This document shows positions 59,041 to 64,000 of a stretch of DNA of 64,000 bases, one piece after another. The stretch covers positions 33,075 to 97,074 of the IMG/VR virus record IMGVR_UViG_3300008050_000026. One strand, written 5' to 3'. Numbering within the stretch: the stretch's first letter is position 1; each line of letters starts with the position of its first letter. A program made the position numbers and the translations under genes. The notes under the pieces are model-generated. The model made no database searches. It was not told the origin of the DNA and worked only from the letters and a program-made list of their open reading frames with translations. This DNA is from a virus.

Positions 59041-59651
59041 ATTACGAAGAAAATATAGAACAGGGATTGGAGAACAAAGGTAGATACAGATTACCTTTCA
59101 ACAACGATGAGTTCATTAAGGATATGGTTGTTCAATTGAAAAAACAACACAACCTGAAAATAGCAATAGAAACAGGTAGTTTCATGTATACTACATCAAG
59201 GTTCTTTGCCAATCTTTTTGAGAAGTTCATAACATTTGAGAAATCAAGTAAGTTATTCAATGAGTTCAATCACATCATTGCAGGACATACAAATGCAATA
59301 GGCCTCTGTATTGATAGTGTAGATGGATTGAAAAAATATTCACCTCAAATAACTTCTGAAACACTTATTTATCTGGATGCACATTGGGATGATAATTTTC
59401 CATTGTTAGAGGAGCTAAAGGTCATTGCTGATACAGGTGAAAAACCTCTTATCATGATCCATGATTTCAAAGTTCCTGACACAGATAGGTTCTTCTATAC
59501 ATTTAATGATGTAGATTTAGATCTTGATTATGTAGAAGAAAGTCTCGATAAAATCTATGGTAAAGACAAATATTCAATCATGTATCCTGCACAAGTTGGA
59601 ATTGAAAACGTAGGTTGTGTATTCATAATTCCTGAAAAAAGTGGAAGTTGA
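59037..59651 (+). CDS. class I SAM-dependent methyltransferase-like protein
   Basis: 'IETGS', 'DS', 'YLDAH', 'IMIHD'. Confidence 0.7.
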   Translation: MNYEENIEQGLENKGRYRLPFNNDEFIKDMVVQLKKQHNLKIAIETGSFMYTTSRFFANLFEKFITFEKSSKLFNEFNHIIAGHTNAIGLCIDSVDGLKKYSPQITSETLIYLDAHWDDNFPLLEELKVIADTGEKPLIMIHDFKVPDTDRFFYTFNDVDLDLDYVEESLDKIYGKDKYSIMYPAQVGIENVGCVFIIPEKSGS

Positions 59652-60090
59652 AGACAAAATAAAATTGCTTAAAGCGTATCCTCCAATAATTGAGGTGCGT
59701 GTACCTGAGAAGTATGCGTATTCACCTCTTTTCAAACATGCAATGAGTGATGAGATGAAAAAATTATGGGGTGATGATAAATACTTGATCGTCATAATGC
59801 CTATTGAACACATGCCTGCTGTTATCAATATCAAAACAACAGAAATTTCAGATGAAGCATTACAAGAATTTGCTAAAAAATGGTCAGAGGTCGTCCAAAC
59901 AAATAGACCTACATACATAGTACCAGATGCTGACAATGATCCAGAATTCAGTCTTGTCAAGCCAAGTTTCATCAAAATCCATTCAGTTTTAGAGGATGGA
60001 GAAGATCTATTCAGAGAGAAGATGGAACGAATGGATGAATATGTAGTCAACAAGATCCAATCAGATAATGAAAAAAAGTTGTTGAATTGA
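59641..60090 (+). CDS. hypothetical protein
   Basis: 149-aa ORF with GTG start overlapping the previous gene. Confidence 0.5.
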   Translation: MEVEDKIKLLKAYPPIIEVRVPEKYAYSPLFKHAMSDEMKKLWGDDKYLIVIMPIEHMPAVINIKTTEISDEALQEFAKKWSEVVQTNRPTYIVPDADNDPEFSLVKPSFIKIHSVLEDGEDLFREKMERMDEYVVNKIQSDNEKKLLN

Positions 60091-60098
60091 CTGTAGAA

Positions 60099-60120
60099 TA
60101 ATAATTTATTATTATTTTTA
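60099..60120 (+). promoter_or_regulatory. conserved 22-bp phage promoter motif
   Basis: TAATAA-TTTA-TTATTA-TTTTTA. Confidence 0.7.
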
Positions 60121-60141
60121 CATCATATTAAATCAACAACA

Positions 60142-60543
60142 ATGGATTATTATTGCGATAAATGTAAAGGAACTACAAAATGTGTGGATTATTGTGATAA
60201 TCCAAGCTGTCCAGAACAACCATGCTGTTTCAAACCATTGAAAGATTGTGATTGCAATCCTTTAACTGAAACAAGGCTAAAGGAAATGGATGATTATCAG
60301 ATTTTTGCTCGAGGTGAAATTGTAAACGAACAGGAAAAAACTTGGTTATACAACTTTGATCCAGACATTAAGTTAATATGGTATGCAAAGCGAGGGTTGG
60401 TGCATGACTGGACAATATATGTTGGTCCAGCTAAAAATGGCAAAGAATGGGTCCTTTCTTATGGTAACAAGTTCACAGATGAGAAACTTGTTAAGGAATT
60501 GGTACCTATGTTGGACTCAGCTTGGAAATTATACAGGCGATGA
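60142..60543 (+). CDS. hypothetical protein with Cys-rich N-terminus
   Basis: 9 Cys in the first 40 aa. Confidence 0.55.
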   Translation: MDYYCDKCKGTTKCVDYCDNPSCPEQPCCFKPLKDCDCNPLTETRLKEMDDYQIFARGEIVNEQEKTWLYNFDPDIKLIWYAKRGLVHDWTIYVGPAKNGKEWVLSYGNKFTDEKLVKELVPMLDSAWKLYRR

Positions 60544-60691
60544 AAAAGAAAATACAGGATTTGAAAAATAAAGTTGATAAAATGACTTTGATTGATGTTG
60601 AAAAAAGACTTCAATTTATTTCAATGTTCTGTATAGAACCTGGGTTGTTGACGTTGGTAGAAATAAGATTACTAACTGATAGAATTTTGAA

Positions 60692-61201
60692 ATGATGGAA
60701 ATAGAAATAATCGAACGAGCATTTATGGTGGCAAGATTGGCTCACGCCAACCAAATGTATGACATATATCCATACGAATACCACTTACGTGAAACACTTA
60801 AGGTGGCCAAAGGAATTGCTTTGTCTGAAGATATTCAAGTTGCTTGTGTTTTACACGATGCACTTGAGGACACTTCATTATCATACAACGACATCAAGAA
60901 AGCTTTTGGTAAAAATGTTGCTGAGATTGTTTACAGTGTAACCGATGAATTGGGTAGAAACAGAAAGGAGCGAAAGGAAAAAACATACCCAAAAATAAGG
61001 GGAAGCGTTGATGCAGTTCTTGTTAAACTATGTGACAGAATTGCTAATGTGAAACATTCAAAGGGATACAATGAAAGGCTCTTTAACATGTATGTCAACG
61101 AACATTCAAATTTCAAAAACAACATTGTCGTTGATCATCTTACAAATGTGAATGTTGAAATGCTATCACTAACGTTAGAAAATCTATATGTTACTGATTG
61201 A
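60692..61201 (+). CDS. HD-domain small alarmone hydrolase-like protein (Mesh1/SpoT-HD)
   Basis: 'AHANQ', 'PYEYH', 'LHDALEDT', 'FGKNVAEIVYSVTD', 'VKLCDRIAN'. Confidence 0.88.
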   Translation: MMEIEIIERAFMVARLAHANQMYDIYPYEYHLRETLKVAKGIALSEDIQVACVLHDALEDTSLSYNDIKKAFGKNVAEIVYSVTDELGRNRKERKEKTYPKIRGSVDAVLVKLCDRIANVKHSKGYNERLFNMYVNEHSNFKNNIVVDHLTNVNVEMLSLTLENLYVTD

Positions 61202-61291
61202 TGGTAAAATGGCGATCGATTTCCAATTCCTTATCGGGGGTGGGATCTTGATCGTCTATTTTGAAGATGATGAATTCAAATTTAAGATTGT

Positions 61292-61483
61292 GTGATGACA
61301 TCCAGATCTAAAATATACACAGTTGAAATTGAAATGGACTCATTTGAATGTGAGGTCGTTGCAAAGAACATAACTGAAGCAAAACAAAAGGCTTTGAAAC
61401 GTCTTGGTAAAAGGAAACCAAGTGGATTGGTTAAAAAGGATTGGAAGACAAGAAGAAAAGCAATTTGGGTTGATGAGAAATGA
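61292..61483 (+). CDS. hypothetical protein
   Basis: 63-aa ORF. Confidence 0.5.
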   Translation: MMTSRSKIYTVEIEMDSFECEVVAKNITEAKQKALKRLGKRKPSGLVKKDWKTRRKAIWVDEK

Positions 61484-61686
61484 ACGTAGCATTCTACTTA
61501 CTAACAGCAATTGAAACCATGGGAATAAGAAAATCTACATTGAAAGGATGCTTTCTTTGGATCTTGATTTTTATATTTATTGCAATATGTATTGCAATTT
61601 GGAACTTGGACGATGAAGTTTGTACTACCTGTAGTTTGTGTGTTATATATAGCAATCAAGCTAATTATCTTAATCAGAAACGATAA
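61480..61686 (+). CDS. small membrane protein
   Basis: TM segment CFLWILIFIFIAICIAIW. Confidence 0.4.
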   Translation: MNVAFYLLTAIETMGIRKSTLKGCFLWILIFIFIAICIAIWNLDDEVCTTCSLCVIYSNQANYLNQKR

Positions 61687-61714
61687 CAATCACAATAATT
61701 ATTAGATTAGCACT

Positions 61715-62113
61715 ATGAAAAACCTCTATTCAATCCTATTTGTGTTGATGACATTCTCGGCATCAATAGGCGTGGGTATCGCTGGAAACAGTGGCACTTT
61801 CGACAATCCGTCTGAGGAGAAAGTATCTCCCTCAATTGTTGATTTGTTTGTAACTTCAGCTTATGCCCAAGAGGCAGATGAACCAGCTGATACAGATGAA
61901 TTGATTTCCGAAATAATCGCGAACTATGACTGTGAAGAAGCCCAAGCAATTGCGGTGGAAGTAGCAGAAGTTTTCGAGGATATGCCGGCTTCAGGATCAG
62001 ATGCCAATAGTTGGGTATCTTGGGTAACTGGTTTGGCTGCAGTAATCGGAGGAGCAGTAACGTATATTGTACAATTGATTGTCAGGCGGAAAAGTAAAGC
62101 CGCAGCTGGGTGA
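61715..62113 (+). CDS. membrane protein with N-terminal signal and C-terminal TM anchor
   Basis: N-terminal hydrophobic signal, acidic middle region, C-terminal TM plus RRKSK; followed by a terminator. Confidence 0.65.
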   Translation: MKNLYSILFVLMTFSASIGVGIAGNSGTFDNPSEEKVSPSIVDLFVTSAYAQEADEPADTDELISEIIANYDCEEAQAIAVEVAEVFEDMPASGSDANSWVSWVTGLAAVIGGAVTYIVQLIVRRKSKAAAG

Positions 62114-62136
62114 GCCAGCAGATTAAACATCTAATG

Positions 62137-62164
62137 AAAAGGTCTATTTCGGTAGACCTTTTTT
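62137..62164 (+). terminator. intrinsic terminator
   Basis: AAAAGGTCTAT-TTCG-GTAGACCTTTTTT with a UUCG loop. Confidence 0.88.
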
Positions 62165-62185
62165 ATGCAATAAAGTGAGCCAAGT

Positions 62186-62207
62186 TAATAATAATTTATT
62201 ATTTTTA
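62186..62207 (+). promoter_or_regulatory. conserved 22-bp phage promoter motif
   Basis: TAATAA-TAAT-TTATTA-TTTTTA, identical to the 35054 copy. Confidence 0.75.
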
Positions 62208-62230
62208 CTGTATGGTTAATATGCAAAATA

Positions 62231-62590
62231 ATGGATCGCGAAAGTATATATCTAAGACAATGTCTGGATTGCAATTGCAACGATTGCAAGTTCCTGATAC
62301 GTCGTCTTGATGTGCTTAACGAATATAAGCAGAAAAACAGAGATTATTATGCATGGTCATATAGGATAAGGAGAAAGAAATTTTGGGATGATGCACAAAA
62401 AGCATTTAAGAATGGACAAATCAAAAGGTATGAAGCTTTGTTAAAAGAAAGAACGAAAGTATCTCTTGATACCACATACAAAAGTGGATTATCTTATGGT
62501 GATTGTACCAAGTTCAATAAGCCGATATCGTTCATAGCCAACACATTGCAATTAGATACACAAGAATGCTTCATTCATAGAAAAGATTAG
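62231..62590 (+). CDS. hypothetical Cys-rich protein
   Basis: CLDCNCNDC...C...CF. Confidence 0.55.
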   Translation: MDRESIYLRQCLDCNCNDCKFLIRRLDVLNEYKQKNRDYYAWSYRIRRKKFWDDAQKAFKNGQIKRYEALLKERTKVSLDTTYKSGLSYGDCTKFNKPISFIANTLQLDTQECFIHRKD

Positions 62591-62767
62591 ATGAAAATAG
62601 TTAAGATCCAAATGAAGTTGATAGTAACAGATGAATACTATGAGGGAGATATGAAAGAATGGGTTGAGGGACTTAAGACAGGTGTATCACAAAAGGAACT
62701 AATGAAAGATGCTGAGAAAGGCATTAAGAAAGTAACTGCATCAGCAACTGTAACCGATAGGAAATGA
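62591..62767 (+). CDS. small hypothetical protein (58 aa, below the ORF-track cutoff)
   Basis: ATG immediately after the previous stop; TGA overlaps ATG 62764. Confidence 0.5.
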   Translation: MKIVKIQMKLIVTDEYYEGDMKEWVEGLKTGVSQKELMKDAEKGIKKVTASATVTDRK

Positions 62768-62988
62768 AAAAACTGATAAAAAAATTCAAGGAATGGTTAG
62801 ATGATAACTTTCCAAAGTATGAGATACTTGAAGAGAAATGCGTGTCATATCTTGAAGCAGATAAGCTAATGAAAGCTTGTAACAACGATGATGATACAAC
62901 AAAACATTGGGTAATTTCTGACCTTGAAGACATCAACAAAGCATACGGTTGGGTCTGGATATGTAGAAAGAAAAAAGTTAAGAGATGA
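62764..62988 (+). CDS. hypothetical protein
   Basis: 74-aa ORF. Confidence 0.5.
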   Translation: MKKLIKKFKEWLDDNFPKYEILEEKCVSYLEADKLMKACNNDDDTTKHWVISDLEDINKAYGWVWICRKKKVKR

Positions 62989-63160
62989 TACAGAAAGCAG
63001 GAAAACCAAAAGCAGGTACAGTACATCCTTCAATTAAGAAATTTGATTGGAATATAGTAACTGGAAATACTGGTAAATGTATATGTGCAAGACCAAAAGC
63101 AATGAGTTATGGTAGAATGATCTCGTGCAATGGTTGTGGAAAACTAATATCAAGTTTCTA

Positions 63161-63799
63161 ATGGTTGTTTCAGATAAATACAATTTCATCTTTGTTCATA
63201 TACCTAAAACAGGAGGTAGATCAATAAGAACAATACTGAAAGATCATATAGAAATATCTACTCATCATCGATTAGAAAATATGAATAGAAATCGAATACA
63301 TGCTCATCTTACATTATACGAGATAAGAAAGTATTTGAATGGCTATAGTTTTGATAATAAAGGCAATGTAAAACCATTACAAGATCCTATCAAGCGATTT
63401 GAAGGGAAAAAGATCTTTACTGTAATGAGAAATCCATGGGATTGGGTAGTAAGTTACTATGAATTCATAAAGAGTAGAAGACGTCATCCAAAATATTTTG
63501 AAGTAAATGCAATGAGCTTTAAGGATTTTATAAAGTCAGATTATGTCAAACCTCAAGTAAATTACATTTGGAATTTTACAACAAATAGTATCTGGCCAGA
63601 AACTAAGATAATTCGTTTCGAAGATCTTCAAAAAGGATTTAATGAAATGCTGCTGGAAGTTGGTCTTCATCAAATGCAATTACCTCATTTACATAAAACA
63701 AAAAGAGGAAAATATCATGAGTATTATGATGAAGAAACAAAATCGTTAATAGCCAATAAGTTTGCAAAGGAAATAGAACTATTAAAATACGAATTTTAA
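63161..63799 (+). CDS. sulfotransferase family protein (second copy)
   Basis: FVHIPKTGGRS, 'MRNPWDWVVSYY', 'RFEDL', 'EIELLKYEF'; start at MVVSDKY. Confidence 0.85.
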   Translation: MVVSDKYNFIFVHIPKTGGRSIRTILKDHIEISTHHRLENMNRNRIHAHLTLYEIRKYLNGYSFDNKGNVKPLQDPIKRFEGKKIFTVMRNPWDWVVSYYEFIKSRRRHPKYFEVNAMSFKDFIKSDYVKPQVNYIWNFTTNSIWPETKIIRFEDLQKGFNEMLLEVGLHQMQLPHLHKTKRGKYHEYYDEETKSLIANKFAKEIELLKYEF

Positions 63800-63800
63800 G

Positions 63801-64000
63801 ATGAAGACAAAAATAGATCTAAAACTGTACGTATTGATACAAGTCATACGTGAAATAAGAATATCATCCAACGAGAATAGATTTGGAGGAGGAACAAAAG
63901 GATTTTCAATCACTACACCTATGGCAGGTCTCATGCTTAAGGAGGATTGGGAATACCTGAAGGAATTCATGGCTATTAAAATGGAAGACGTGATAATGGA
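63801..64000 (+). CDS. hypothetical protein, truncated by the window end
   Basis: ATG at 63801, open to the end of the window. Confidence 0.4.
   Translation, partial: MKTKIDLKLYVLIQVIREIRISSNENRFGGGTKGFSITTPMAGLMLKEDWEYLKEFMAIKMEDVIM

Noticed and set aside
61715-62113. Unimolecular spanin
   Set aside because: Has a C-terminal TM but no lipobox Cys at the end of the N-terminal signal
4750-62207. Repeated AT-rich motif as a CRISPR array or a Fur box
   Set aside because: Copies are dispersed singly at gene starts with no spacer periodicity; the 6-4-6 geometry differs from the Fur 7-1-7 consensus
256-63970. The many minus-strand ORFs and short nested plus-strand ORFs in the track
   Set aside because: They lie within longer, motif-bearing + strand genes, lack recognisable motifs and are typical antisense or alternate-frame shadows
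1-64000. Stop-codon reassignment, as seen in some Bacteroidota phages
   Set aside because: Long genes are intact and densely packed under the standard code; no fragmentation at TAG or TGA
1-64000. tRNA, rRNA, integrase or transposase genes
   Set aside because: Intergenic gaps are short and AT-rich with no cloverleaf or T-loop consensus noticed; no recombinase or transposase motifs seen; a tRNAscan/Infernal run would be needed to exclude RNA genes formally

Overview
This is a 64-kb segment of a large, AT-rich lytic tailed phage with a contractile tail. Essentially all genes are on the + strand, tightly packed, and translate cleanly in the standard code. TAnnTTTG-type -7 promoter elements, the scarcity of Shine-Dalgarno sites and an overlapping spanin-like gene pair point to a Gram-negative Bacteroidota host (inference). 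Layout: (1) 1-21.4 kb, neck/tail/baseplate module (sheath, tube, chaperones, tape measure, hub, spike, wedge, baseplate J, fibres) with a spanin-like pair and an M15 endolysin embedded; (2) 21.4-28.2 kb, replication (helicase, primase, DnaE-type polymerase); (3) 28.3-34.4 kb, a compact nucleotide/sugar enzyme cluster that looks like a DNA-base hypermodification pathway (FAD enzyme, dNTPase-HAD fusion, kinase-UDG fusion, NDP-sugar SDR, minimal thymidylate-synthase-like protein, two degenerate ThyX-like proteins); (4) 34.5-46.2 kb, recombination and repair; (5) 46.3-48.8 kb, small early-type genes; (6) 48.9-55.5 kb, a packaging operon in which a sulfotransferase, fcl and gmd sit between a TerS-like gene and TerL; (7) 55.6-64 kb, accessory genes (epsilon-like exonuclease, AAA ATPase, two methyltransferases, HD alarmone hydrolase, second sulfotransferase). 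The leading candidates for novelty are a putative virion-decoration system (GDP-fucose synthesis, sulfo- and methyltransferases, and Ser-X-Ser tags on several structural proteins) and the DNA-modification cluster. Also notable: a 22-bp palindrome-plus-promoter motif that appears to drive leaderless mRNAs, a likely catalytically dead HD paralogue, and apparent GAWTC avoidance. All calls come from reading motifs by eye; no database searches were run.
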